A stretch of DNA of 64,000 nucleotides from an uncultured Muribaculaceae bacterium (GTDB lineage Bacteria; Bacillota_I; Bacilli_A; RF39; UBA660). The stretch is from NCBI GenBank assembly GCA_964370475.1, contig CAYJJI010000005.1, positions 1,840 to 65,839 of the forward strand, in the 5' to 3' direction. Of this stretch, positions 19,371 through 28,658 are shown piece after piece. Position 1 is the stretch's first letter; each line of letters starts with the position of its first letter. A model generated the notes under the pieces. That model did no database searches and was not told the DNA's origin. It saw only the letters and a list, made by a program, of their open reading frames with translations. The translations under genes were made by a program, and so were the position numbers.

Positions 19371-20756
19371 ATGAAAAAGAAAAAGTTTAAGTTATTTGAT
19401 GCTATATTAGCAACTGTATGTATTATCTTAGTGGCTGAGGCAGTTGCTCCTACCGCATCTATTGGGAATTCACAATACTTTTGGTATTTATTTATCATTA
19501 TATTATTTTGTATTCCTTATGGACTTATTACCGCTGAGCTTGGATCAACTTTTCCTAGCGAAGGTGGTATGTATACTTGGGTTAAAAGGGCTTTTGGACC
19601 TAAATGGGCTTCTAGGGTAGCATGGAATTATTGGATTAATTTTCCTTTATGGATGGCTTCTTTAGCTGTTGCTGTAACTGATGTAATAATGGGTATATTT
19701 AATATAGATTTATCTATAATGTGGTTATTATTAATTCAGTTGGGTTATATATGGTTAGTTACTTTTTTTGGAAGTAATAGAATAGGTGAAAATAAGTTTT
19801 TAATTAATATGGGAACTTTCTTTAAAGTCTTATTTATGGTTAGTTTGGGAATTTTAGGAATTTATGTTTATATAGTTACTGGTGAAAGTGCTAATCCTAT
19901 AAATAGTGTTAATGATTTATTACCTACTATGGACTTAGTTAGTTTATCGTTTATTTCGGTTATTATATTTAATTTTTTAGGTTTAGAAGTAGTTACTACT
20001 TTTACTGATGATATGGAGAATCCTAAAAAGGAAATTCCTAAAGCAATTATAATAGCGATATTTTTAATAGCAATATTTTATTTGTTGCCTGCAACAGGTA
20101 TAAATATTGCAATGCCAGCATTAACTGCTGAAACAGCTGGTATTACTGATAGTTTTTCTATATTATTAACTACATTAGGTGTTAATAGTGATATTATTAG
20201 GGTAGTAGTTATTGGAGTAGGTTTAATGTTTATTTATACTCTTATTGCTAATATTGCTTCTTGGTCGTTTGGAGTTAATTCTGTTGCTAAGTTCAGTGCT
20301 GATGATAATGGTTTACCTAAAGCTTTTGGTATTACCAATAAAAAAGGTGTACCTTATATGTCAGCAATCATTAATGGTTTAGTGGCTTCTGGCGTTTTAA
20401 TAATCGGTTTAGTACTTAGTTTAGTTTCGGATAATGTAAGTAATTTATTTTGGACGTTCTTTTCTTTATCGGTAGTTACTCATCAAATAAGTCACGTTCC
20501 TATGTTTTTTGCTTTTTTAAAACTTAGAAAAACTGATAAAACTAAGAGAGCTTATAAAGCTCCTTGTAAGGGATTATTTATGTATTTGTTTGCATTAGTT
20601 CCTTTTGTTATTATTGTTCTTTGTTTAACATTTACTTTATTTATAGATTTTAGCTTAGAATCATTAATTAGTAATTTGCCATTAATATTAGGAGTTATTA
20701 TTTCTTTTATTGTACAAGAAATATTAATAAGAGATGTAAAAGAATCATGTAAATAG
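19371..20756 (+). CDS. aguD: agmatine:putrescine antiporter, paralogous copy 2
   Basis: 461 aa, about 75% identical at the protein level to copy 1 and with the same N-terminus (MKKKKFKLFDAILA). Confidence 0.7.
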   Translation: MKKKKFKLFDAILATVCIILVAEAVAPTASIGNSQYFWYLFIIILFCIPYGLITAELGSTFPSEGGMYTWVKRAFGPKWASRVAWNYWINFPLWMASLAVAVTDVIMGIFNIDLSIMWLLLIQLGYIWLVTFFGSNRIGENKFLINMGTFFKVLFMVSLGILGIYVYIVTGESANPINSVNDLLPTMDLVSLSFISVIIFNFLGLEVVTTFTDDMENPKKEIPKAIIIAIFLIAIFYLLPATGINIAMPALTAETAGITDSFSILLTTLGVNSDIIRVVVIGVGLMFIYTLIANIASWSFGVNSVAKFSADDNGLPKAFGITNKKGVPYMSAIINGLVASGVLIIGLVLSLVSDNVSNLFWTFFSLSVVTHQISHVPMFFAFLKLRKTDKTKRAYKAPCKGLFMYLFALVPFVIIVLCLTFTLFIDFSLESLISNLPLILGVIISFIVQEILIRDVKESCK

Positions 20757-20828
20757 ATAAAAAAAGTTAATTTGAAATGGAATTAACTTTTTTTATTTGG
20801 TATAATTTATATAGTAGGGAGAATAGAT

Positions 20829-21749
20829 ATGAGAATAGTAATAGCATTAGGTGGAAATGCTCTTGGAAATAATCCTAAAGAGCAACAAGAATTAATAGAT
20901 AAAGCAATGGCTAATGTAGTACCTTTAATTAAGGATGGTCATGAAGTAATTATAGGTCATGGAAATGGTCCTCAAGTAGGTGTTATTAATTTAGCTTTTG
21001 AAGATTCTTTTGAGAATAAGGATATTCCATATATGTCTTTTCCTGAGTGTAGTGCAATGAGTCAAGGATATATCGGATATCATATTCAAAAAGGTCTTAG
21101 AGCCTTATTGAAAAAGAGTAATCTTAATAAAAAGATAGCTACTATAGTAACTCAGGTAGTTGTTGATAAAAGCGATTTTGCTTTTGTTAATCTTAGTAAA
21201 CCAGTTGGTCCTTTTTATACTAAAGAAGTTGCTGATAAGTTAGCATTAGCTAGTGGTGAAACATATGTTGAAGATGCTGGCAGAGGGTATAGAAAAGTTG
21301 TTGCTAGTCCTGCACCGGTTTCAATAGTAGAAATAGAAACAATTAAGGATTTAATGAATACTGGTCATGTTGTTATTGCAGGTGGAGGAGGAGGAATTCC
21401 TGTTTATTTACAGGATGAAACTCAAGGAGCTAATGCGGTAATTGATAAGGATAAAGTAGCTTCATTAATGGCTAAAGAGTTAAATGCTGATATATTAGTA
21501 ATTTTAACTAATATTAAACAAGCTCAAATAAATTATGGTAAAGAAAATGCAAGTGGATTGGGTATTATTAGTGTAGATGAAGCAACTAAGTATATAGATG
21601 AAGGGCATTTTGCTAAAGGAAGTATGTTACCTAAGATGGAAGCTGCTTTAGATTTTGCTAAAACAAGTGGTAATAAAGCTATTATTACATCTCTAGATAA
21701 TTTAACTAATGCATTAAATGGTATAGATGCTACAATAATAGGAAAATAG
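20829..21749 (+). CDS. arcC: carbamate kinase
   Basis: The N-terminal MRIVIALGGNAL motif and Gly-rich IAGGGGGIPV loop are typical of carbamate kinase. This is the terminal gene of the agmatine deiminase cluster. Confidence 0.85.
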   Translation: MRIVIALGGNALGNNPKEQQELIDKAMANVVPLIKDGHEVIIGHGNGPQVGVINLAFEDSFENKDIPYMSFPECSAMSQGYIGYHIQKGLRALLKKSNLNKKIATIVTQVVVDKSDFAFVNLSKPVGPFYTKEVADKLALASGETYVEDAGRGYRKVVASPAPVSIVEIETIKDLMNTGHVVIAGGGGGIPVYLQDETQGANAVIDKDKVASLMAKELNADILVILTNIKQAQINYGKENASGLGIISVDEATKYIDEGHFAKGSMLPKMEAALDFAKTSGNKAIITSLDNLTNALNGIDATIIGK

Positions 21750-21861
21750 CTAATGCTATTTTTTTATTATTAATACTTGTTGTTTTTTTATATCTTAGTG
21801 TTATAATTAAATTAGAGAACTTATATTGCTTGTATAAGATCTAAAGTATAGGAGTGATAAT

Positions 21862-22428
21862 ATGAATAAAAGCAAAATGATATTGTTAATAGTAGGAGGT
21901 GCTGTATTACTTATTGCAATGATGTTAATTAGTACTTATAATGGATTAGTTAAAATTAATGAAGAAGTTGAGGCTAAATGGTCTGCTGTTGAGACTGATT
22001 TACAAAGAAGAAATGATTTAATACCTAATTTAGTTAGTACTGTTCAAGGTTATGCTGAACATGAGGCTGAAGTTTATGAGTCAATTACTGATGCTAGAGC
22101 TAAAATGAGTGGAGCTATGACTCCTGAAGAAGCTGCTGCTGCGGATTCTGAGCTATCTGCTGCTTTAGGAAGGTTACTAGCTATTAGTGAATCTAATCCA
22201 GAGTTAAAAGCTAATGAAAACTTTATTCAATTACAAGATGAACTTGCTGGTACTGAAAACAGAATTGCTGTATCTAGAAAAGATTATAATGAGCAAGCAA
22301 AGAGTTATAATACTGAAGTGAAATCTTTTCCTAAAAATATAATTGCTGGAATGTTTGGGTTTGATGAAAAGGAATATTTTGAAGCAGTTGAAGGGGCTGA
22401 AAATGCGCCAGAAGTTAATTTCGAATAG
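21862..22428 (+). CDS. lemA: LemA family protein
   Basis: N-terminal TM helix followed by a LemA-type helical domain (NGLVKINEEVEAKWSAVETDLQRRNDLIPNLV). Confidence 0.75.
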   Translation: MNKSKMILLIVGGAVLLIAMMLISTYNGLVKINEEVEAKWSAVETDLQRRNDLIPNLVSTVQGYAEHEAEVYESITDARAKMSGAMTPEEAAAADSELSAALGRLLAISESNPELKANENFIQLQDELAGTENRIAVSRKDYNEQAKSYNTEVKSFPKNIIAGMFGFDEKEYFEAVEGAENAPEVNFE

Positions 22429-23407
22429 TATATTATTAATTGGATTATTTTTTCTACCTTTTTATGTAAGTGCTTTGGAGCCTACTGAGGAGTTTTATGT
22501 TAATGACTTTGCTAATATATTAAGTGATGAAACAGAATCATATATTATTAAACAAAGTAATGCTATGTATCATGTTGATGGTACTCAAATTGTTGTTGTT
22601 ACTGTTCCAAGTTTGGATGGTGAAATTTTAGAAGAATTTTCTTTAGATTTAGCTAGATCTTTTGGGATAGGTGATGATGAAGCTGATAATGGTTTATTAC
22701 TTCTTTTAGCATTGGAAGAAAGAATGTTTAGAGTTGAAGTAGGTTATGGACTTGAAGGTGTTTTAAATGATGCTAAAACAGGAAGATTTCAAGATGATTA
22801 TATGATCCCTTATTTTAAAGATGATAAATGGGATGAAGGAATTATTAATGGATATAATGCATTTTTTGAAGAAATAGTACTTAAAAATAATTTGGAAATT
22901 GATTATGATGTACCGATTGGTAATAATGAAAATCCTAGTGAAAATGTAGAGAATGCTAATGTTTATTTAGTAATAATATTTGCAGTAATTGCTGGTTTTG
23001 TTGGAAGTAAACTTGGAAAAGAGTTATCTAAAAAGAGTAGAGCTTATCATAAAAATTATAATAAAACACTTGATATAAGATTAGAAAAATTGTTAAAAAA
23101 TGAACCTGTTAATAAGGATTATGCTAATGTAAAAGCTAATATGTATAGTGTTGTATCTTTTATAATAGTTTTTATTATTTTAATGATTATTAGTTATCAT
23201 TTTGCTTCTATTATTAGTAATATAATTAATTTTTTTACTTTTTATATTGCTTGTACTTTACAATTTCCAGGTAATTATTTAAACAGTAATAGAACTGGTG
23301 GAGGTAGTTCCTTTGGCGGTGGATCGTCTGGTGGTTCATCAAGTTTTGGTGGTTCATCTGGTGGTGGTGGATCTTTCGGTGGAGGAGGATCTTCAAGAGG
23401 TTTTTAA
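22403..23407 (+). CDS. TPM-domain (YgcG-like) membrane protein with a Gly/Ser-rich C-terminal tail
   Basis: The start is refined to the ATG at 22403 (MRQKLISNSILLIGLFF signal). The TPM/DUF477 domain (FANILSDETESYII...VVVTVPSLDG...LLLLALEERMFRVEVGYGLEG) is followed by TM helices and a (GGSS)n tail. This gene pairs with lemA, as is commonly seen. Confidence 0.7.
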   Translation: MRQKLISNSILLIGLFFLPFYVSALEPTEEFYVNDFANILSDETESYIIKQSNAMYHVDGTQIVVVTVPSLDGEILEEFSLDLARSFGIGDDEADNGLLLLLALEERMFRVEVGYGLEGVLNDAKTGRFQDDYMIPYFKDDKWDEGIINGYNAFFEEIVLKNNLEIDYDVPIGNNENPSENVENANVYLVIIFAVIAGFVGSKLGKELSKKSRAYHKNYNKTLDIRLEKLLKNEPVNKDYANVKANMYSVVSFIIVFIILMIISYHFASIISNIINFFTFYIACTLQFPGNYLNSNRTGGGSSFGGGSSGGSSSFGGSSGGGGSFGGGGSSRGF

Positions 23408-23423
23408 TATAAGGAGGTGGGTT

Positions 23424-23834
23424 ATGAAAAAAATAAATAGTATTTTATTTATATTTTTAATGGTATTAGTTTTAACAGGGTGTTCGAGTGAAAAGTCGTT
23501 AGTGTGTATTAATGATGAAAGTGAATTAGGTGAAGCTAAAGTCGATATGTTATTTAAAAGTGATGAATTAGTAAGTTATGAAATGTCTATGAAAATGAAT
23601 ATGGCAGTGAAACTTAATGAGGATGAAGCTTCGATGTTTTGTGATGAATATGAAAATGTAGAAGGTATTAAATGTAGTGTTAGTGTTGATGAAAGAGTTG
23701 TTACTTCTATAATTGAAGTTGACTTGGATAAAGTAACAGATAAACAAATAGAAAATATAGGTTTTTCTACTGATACGTATGATAATATATTGGATAGTGC
23801 AACTGAAGAGGGATTTACTTGTGAATCTAAATAA
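23424..23834 (+). CDS. small lipoprotein, hypothetical
   Basis: The start is refined to the ATG at 23424 after an AAGGAGG RBS. Signal peptide with lipobox LTGCSSE. Confidence 0.55.
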   Translation: MKKINSILFIFLMVLVLTGCSSEKSLVCINDESELGEAKVDMLFKSDELVSYEMSMKMNMAVKLNEDEASMFCDEYENVEGIKCSVSVDERVVTSIIEVDLDKVTDKQIENIGFSTDTYDNILDSATEEGFTCESK

Positions 23835-23900
23835 GAAGGTTAATTATTATCTTTTTTTTATGAATTTATGGTAATATAGTTATATAGAGTAGGTAATGTA

Positions 23901-24737
23901 ATGATTAGAGCAATGTTTGTTAGTTTTTGGGTTAATTTATTTTTAACTATTGGTAAAGTTGTAGTAGGATTTTTTGGAAATAGTTCTGTATTAGTAGCTG
24001 ATGGGGTATCTTCTTTTAGTGATTTAATAACTGATATATTTGCAATAATAGGAGGAGTTTTATCTAAGAAGTCTGCCGATAAAACTCATCCATTTGGGTA
24101 TGGTAAGTTAGAATATGTATTTAGTTTATTTATTTCTTTAATCATTATTAGCTTGGGTGTTTTTGTAATATTACATAATTCTTATAATGAAGTTATATAT
24201 CCAAAGTATTTTGTTTTGATATTTGTTGTTATTGCAGTAGTAGTTAAAATATTATTAGTGAAATTTTTATATGATAAATCTAAGTTACTTAATAGTGATA
24301 TTTTACTTTATTCATCTTTAGAAAGTAAGTTAGATGTTTATGGAACTATTATTGTATTTTTCACTTCAATTTGTATGTTATTATCTAAGTATATAGATTT
24401 TTTAAAGTATACTAATCTTATTTCTACAATAGTTATTGGTATTTTAATACTTGTTGGGGGGATAAGAATATTTATATATAATGTTAAAGAGTTGAGTATT
24501 AAGAAGTTTTCTGGAGATTTAAATAAAGAAGTTAGAGATATTATATTGGCTCATAAGGAAATTGAATCAATAAATAAGATGTATATTTTCAAGTATGGAG
24601 AATATTATCAATTATTTGCAGAGTTTATTTTTGTAGATGATATAAAGTTGAGTAAAGCTCATGATATCGTTGAAAATATTAAACATCAATTATATGTAAA
24701 AAAAATTAGACATATTTATATAGAAATGGATAGTTAA
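23901..24737 (+). CDS. cation diffusion facilitator (CDF) family metal efflux transporter
   Basis: The six-TM N-terminus has the CDF signature (GNSSVLVADGVSSFSDLITDIF...HPFGYGKLE). A cytoplasmic C-terminal domain follows. Confidence 0.7.
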   Translation: MIRAMFVSFWVNLFLTIGKVVVGFFGNSSVLVADGVSSFSDLITDIFAIIGGVLSKKSADKTHPFGYGKLEYVFSLFISLIIISLGVFVILHNSYNEVIYPKYFVLIFVVIAVVVKILLVKFLYDKSKLLNSDILLYSSLESKLDVYGTIIVFFTSICMLLSKYIDFLKYTNLISTIVIGILILVGGIRIFIYNVKELSIKKFSGDLNKEVRDIILAHKEIESINKMYIFKYGEYYQLFAEFIFVDDIKLSKAHDIVENIKHQLYVKKIRHIYIEMDS

Positions 24738-24740
24738 TAA

Positions 24741-24767
24741 AAAAGGATTACTACAGTAATCCTTTTT
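24741..24767. terminator. bidirectional rho-independent terminator
   Basis: AAAAAGGATTACTACAGTAATCCTTTTT is a perfect hairpin flanked by an A-run and a T-run, between convergent genes. Confidence 0.7.
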
Positions 24768-25023
24768 AATATAATGTTCTTTTTCTTTTTGCACTTTCTT
24801 CTTCGATGAAATCTGGAAAAATTTCCAGAAATTTTTGTCTCCATACTGGGTCGCATAATAGTTTACTTAATATTCTTTTTTTAATCCATTCATTAGTTTT
24901 TAAAGTTTCTTTTATTTCTGCTATTGATTCAGGATGGTTAATTATATATTCAAAGTTTAATATACATCCAATATTAGGATTATTTATTGTTTTTTCATAA
25001 GTTATATACCAGTCTTTATTCAT
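24766..25023 (-). CDS. hypothetical small protein (85 aa)
   Basis: The RBS AAAGGTGG is 6 nt upstream of the ATG on the minus strand. The protein-like sequence ends at the bidirectional terminator. The overlapping + strand ORF (24806..25000) looks non-coding. Confidence 0.5.
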   Translation of the reverse strand: MNKDWYITYEKTINNPNIGCILNFEYIINHPESIAEIKETLKTNEWIKKRILSKLLCDPVWRQKFLEIFPDFIEEESAKRKRTLY

Positions 25024-25103
25024 AATGCCACCTTTTATTTAATTATACTACTAATAATGTATTTTACAACAATTATTTGATATAATGGATTTGGAGTGGT
25101 TAT

Positions 25104-25430
25104 ATGAATGAATTTGCTAGATTTACAATGATTGATGAAGAGTTTATTTGTAGGAATTGTGGTAATGAAGTTAAACCACTTGGTTATACTGCTAGAGATC
25201 ATTGTCCTAATTGTCTTTGTTCAATACATATTGATAATAATCCTGGGGATAGAGCTTGTGAATGTTTTGGAACATTAAAACCTGTAGGTATTGATAAGGG
25301 TAAGAAGGATGATTTTAAAATCGTTTATAAATGTGATAAATGTGGTATGATAAAACGTAATAAATCTGCTAGAGATGATAATATGGATTTAATTATTGAT
25401 ATTATGAGTAATCCTAGAGATATAAAATAG
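25104..25430 (+). CDS. RNHCP-domain zinc-ribbon protein
   Basis: CRNCGN...RDHCPNCLCSIH...CECFG...CDKCG contains four Cys pairs including the RNHCP signature. Confidence 0.6.
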   Translation: MNEFARFTMIDEEFICRNCGNEVKPLGYTARDHCPNCLCSIHIDNNPGDRACECFGTLKPVGIDKGKKDDFKIVYKCDKCGMIKRNKSARDDNMDLIIDIMSNPRDIK

Positions 25431-25443
25431 AAAGAGTGATAAG

Positions 25444-26124
25444 ATGTTATTAGAATTAATTGATATATCTTATGAAATAGATGGTAAGAAAATTTTAGAT
25501 AAGATAAATCTAAAAATAGAGTTAGGGAAGTTTATAGTTATAACTGGACCTAATGGATCTGGTAAATCTACGTTAGCTAAAATAGTTGCTGGAGTTTTAA
25601 AAGAAACTTCTGGTAAGATAATTTATGATGGAGTGGATATTACGGATTATGATTTAACTAAGAGAGCTAATATGGGAATTTCTTTTGCTTTTCAACATCC
25701 TGTTAAGTTTAAAGGATTAACTGTCTTTGATATATTAAATATTGCGAATGGTTTTTTCCTAGATAGAGATGTTGCTTGTGAGAGATTACAAGAAGTTGGA
25801 CTGGAAGCTCATTTATATATAGATAGGGAACTTGATAGTACTTTATCTGGTGGAGAGCTTAAAAGAATAGAAATAGCTACTATAGTGTTAAGGGAATCAA
25901 AATTAACGATATTTGATGAACCAGAAGCAGGTATTGATTTATGGAGTTTTAATGAGTTAATTGATTTATTTAAAGATATTAGAGAATATGTATTTGGTAC
26001 TACTTTAATTATTTCTCATCAAGATAAAATTATTAGAATTGCTGATTCGGTAGTAATGATTAAGAATGGTAAAGTTTTTAAAGTAGATAGTTATTCTAAT
26101 TTAGTAGAGAGTGGTGATTTGTAA
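25444..26124 (+). CDS. sufC: SufC-like Fe-S cluster assembly ATPase
   Basis: Walker A GPNGSGKST, ABC signature LSGGELKRIEIATI and Walker B IFDEPEAGID. Its size and N-terminus are typical of SufC. Confidence 0.75.
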   Translation: MLLELIDISYEIDGKKILDKINLKIELGKFIVITGPNGSGKSTLAKIVAGVLKETSGKIIYDGVDITDYDLTKRANMGISFAFQHPVKFKGLTVFDILNIANGFFLDRDVACERLQEVGLEAHLYIDRELDSTLSGGELKRIEIATIVLRESKLTIFDEPEAGIDLWSFNELIDLFKDIREYVFGTTLIISHQDKIIRIADSVVMIKNGKVFKVDSYSNLVESGDL

Positions 26125-27056
26125 TGGATTTTAATGAGTTAAATGATATTGAAAAATCATTACTTAATGAAGTAAATGATTTGAATTCTATTACTGATGG
26201 AGCTTATAATATTAGAAGAAACGGAAAATTATTTGCTAAGTATTCTACTGATGAAGTAGAGATTAGAGGTAAGAGTGATTGTGAAGGTATTGATATTATT
26301 GTTGCTGATAATGTTAAAGTATCTGCTGTAAACATTCCTGTTATTTTAACTAATAGTGGTTTGAACGATATGGTTTATAATGATTTTTATATTGGTGATA
26401 ATAGTGAAGTTGTTATTAAAGCTGGGTGTGCTATTCATAATGATGAAGGACACCAAACTGAACATTCCGGTATTCACCGTTTTCATGTAGGAGTTAATAG
26501 TAAAGTCAAATATATAGAAAAGCATTTTGGTTGCGGAGAAGGTACTGGAGATAATATTTTAAATCCTGTTACTGAAGTTTATTTAAAAGAAAATAGTATT
26601 CTTGAAATGGAGACTACTCAAATAAGTGGTGTAGATCATACTATTAGAACTACTAGTGGTAAAATTGGTAAGGGTGCAAGTTTAACTATTAGAGAGAATA
26701 TTCTTACTCACGGAAATCAATTTGCTAAAACTATATTTGATGTTACTTTAGATGAAGAAAATAGTAGTTGTCATTTAATTTCTCGTGCTGTAGCTAAAGA
26801 CGATTCTAAGCAAGAATTTATATCAAGTTTGGTTGGAAATCATAAAAGTTATGCACATAGTGAATGTGATGCTATCTTAGAAGGTAATGGAAAAGTTAGT
26901 GCTGATCCTAAGATCGTTGCTAATCACAATGAAGCTACATTAATACATGAAGCTACTATAGGTAAAATTGCTGGAGAGCAATTAATTAAATTAATGAGTC
27001 TTGGTCTTAGCGAAGAAGATGCTGTTAATGTAATTATCAGTGGATTTTTAAAATAA
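26124..27056 (+). CDS. SufB/SufD-family Fe-S assembly protein (short, SufD-like)
   Basis: 310 aa predicted beta-helix. The C-terminal motif HEATIGKIAGEQLIKLMSLGLSEEDAVNVIISGF matches the conserved SufB/D C-terminus. It is coupled to sufC through an ATGA overlap. Confidence 0.65.
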   Translation: MDFNELNDIEKSLLNEVNDLNSITDGAYNIRRNGKLFAKYSTDEVEIRGKSDCEGIDIIVADNVKVSAVNIPVILTNSGLNDMVYNDFYIGDNSEVVIKAGCAIHNDEGHQTEHSGIHRFHVGVNSKVKYIEKHFGCGEGTGDNILNPVTEVYLKENSILEMETTQISGVDHTIRTTSGKIGKGASLTIRENILTHGNQFAKTIFDVTLDEENSSCHLISRAVAKDDSKQEFISSLVGNHKSYAHSECDAILEGNGKVSADPKIVANHNEATLIHEATIGKIAGEQLIKLMSLGLSEEDAVNVIISGFLK

Positions 27057-27092
27057 AAAATACAGTTAAATAGTTTAACTGTATTTTTTTTA
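27055..27092. terminator. bidirectional rho-independent terminator
   Basis: AAAAAATACAGTTAAATAGTTTAACTGTATTTTTTTT is a hairpin flanked by A and T runs, between convergent genes. Confidence 0.7.
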
Positions 27093-27947
27093 GTTGTCGA
27101 TTGTAGCTTTTGCTTTAACAACCCATTTACCTTCAGGAACTACTCCGAAGAAGTATCTTCCTTCTGAATTAGTTTTACATGTTTTTCTTAGTTTAAGAGA
27201 TTTGTTTTCTCCTTCACCAACTGATTCATATAAACCAACTGTTGCATTAGGAATTGGTGTTCTACTTGAATTATAAACAATACCATTGATTGTACCTTCT
27301 TTTGCTGCTGCAACTTTAATCATGTGAATGTTTTCTTCTGTATTAGCACTATCTACTACTTCAATTGTTATAGGAGTATATACTGTATAATCATCAGCTT
27401 GCGCTGTTAGAGTATATGTACCGGCGTCTATTTTATTAAATACGTATTCTCCATCTGTAGCTGAAATAGTTTCTGCTACTGTTACGTTTCCTGTATTTAC
27501 TAATTTTACTATTGCTTTTCCAAATGCGTTTCCGTGGTCATCGTAAACGTAACCAAAGACATTACCTTTTACATAAGTAGTATCTTGAGTAATAATGAAT
27601 TCATTTAATACTACATCTGTTCCTGTGTATGTAAGTGGTCTTTTTACTGACATTGAATATCCATCTTTTACGGCATAAACGATGTAGTCTCCTCTTGGAA
27701 CGTTTTGGAATGTATAATTACCATTTTCATTAGTCATTGTATGTTTGATTGGATTAAATTCAGTGTCGAATAATTTAACTGTAGCATTTGGAACATCTGT
27801 TCCAGAATTGTCTTCTACTTTACCACTTATGGTACTGGTGTTAATCTCGGGTGTTTCTTCAAGTTCTATCTCTTGATAGTGTTCTTGTAATTCCGCTAAA
27901 CTAATTTCTTCCGAAAAGTTTAACGTATATATATCTTTTTGATTCAA
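27090..27947 (-). CDS. protein with three carboxypeptidase-regulatory-like / Cna-B-type beta-sandwich domains and no signal peptide
   Basis: TTG start with a strong RBS (AAGGGGGGA, 7 nt spacing). Three repeats of the type GKVEDNSGTDVPNATVKLFD...NGNYTFQNVPRGDYIVYAVKDGY are present. It lies downstream of the 189-aa gene on the same strand. Confidence 0.55.
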   Translation of the reverse strand: MNQKDIYTLNFSEEISLAELQEHYQEIELEETPEINTSTISGKVEDNSGTDVPNATVKLFDTEFNPIKHTMTNENGNYTFQNVPRGDYIVYAVKDGYSMSVKRPLTYTGTDVVLNEFIITQDTTYVKGNVFGYVYDDHGNAFGKAIVKLVNTGNVTVAETISATDGEYVFNKIDAGTYTLTAQADDYTVYTPITIEVVDSANTEENIHMIKVAAAKEGTINGIVYNSSRTPIPNATVGLYESVGEGENKSLKLRKTCKTNSEGRYFFGVVPEGKWVVKAKATIDN

Positions 27948-27982
27948 AATTTGTCCCCCCTTATTTTGTTAATTTTTGAATC

Positions 27983-28552
27983 TTACATTATATTTAGTAA
28001 TGTTATTTCATATGCTGTATCATTTTCACCTACTGTGAAAATCATATTAAAAGTTTGAGTCCAGTTATATCCGTTTGGGATAACTAGTGTGTTTTCTTTG
28101 AATACTAATCCTGAAGGTAGTGCTGTTTTTGGAATGATAGGGCATGTAGGTTCAGTAATAAATTTTATTTCTGTACCTGTTGTTCCTGGATAGTATCTAA
28201 ATGTTTTTAAATTGTCATCTCTTTCAATTCTTCCGCCATTTTCACTTCCAACTACCATAGATAAAACAGAGTATCCTCCTTTAGTTTCTTCACATCCTGT
28301 ACATAGACAGTCTGAGAATATTTCTAATTTACTTGCTAGTATTACTTCTAACTTAGTAATAGCGTTGACCATTTTTTCTACTGATTTATTGGCTGCTAAA
28401 ATTTCTTGTGGGTCTTTAGAAACGCTAGTGAAATATTTTATTTTTTCAGCTTCTACATTTAAGATGTTAGCAAGTCCTGATTGTTCGTGTGCTACTGAAG
28501 AAATAATTTCTGAAATCGCTTCGCAACGATTTGTGCTTGTTGTTTCGTACAT
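27983..28552 (-). CDS. hypothetical Cys-containing protein with an N-terminal helical domain that is paralogous to the C-terminus of the divergent neighbour
   Basis: 189 aa with no signal peptide. The N-terminal ~75 aa (CEAISEIISSVAHEQSGLANILNVEAEKIKY...ITKLEVILASKLE) align with the C-terminal ~75 aa of the 28659..29699 product. CLCTGCEE follows, then a beta-rich C-terminal domain. Confidence 0.5.
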   Translation of the reverse strand: MYETTSTNRCEAISEIISSVAHEQSGLANILNVEAEKIKYFTSVSKDPQEILAANKSVEKMVNAITKLEVILASKLEIFSDCLCTGCEETKGGYSVLSMVVGSENGGRIERDDNLKTFRYYPGTTGTEIKFITEPTCPIIPKTALPSGLVFKENTLVIPNGYNWTQTFNMIFTVGENDTAYEITLLNIM

Positions 28553-28658
28553 ATTATCTCCTTTCTCTTTATTGTATGAGTGTTTTATTATTTTGTTTGT
28601 GTTTTTGTTTATAAACTTTATTAGATTATTGTCATATATTGATATAAAGAGGTTTAAT

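Noticed and set aside
24806-25000. 64-aa plus-strand ORF overlapping the 85-aa minus-strand gene
   Set aside because: The minus-strand frame has a proper RBS and a protein-like composition. The plus frame is hydrophobic junk, so only the minus gene was kept.
26924-27276. Short ORFs 26924..27121 (-) and 27094..27276 (+)
   Set aside because: They are antisense to the sufBD-like gene and to the Cna-B-like gene respectively, and they span a terminator, which is incompatible with real genes.
28212-28658. N-terminal extension of the Cys-rich gene back to 28212 as drawn in the ORF track
   Set aside because: The extension is antisense to the 189-aa gene on the other strand and has no RBS. The ATG at 28659 with AAGAGG is the credible start.
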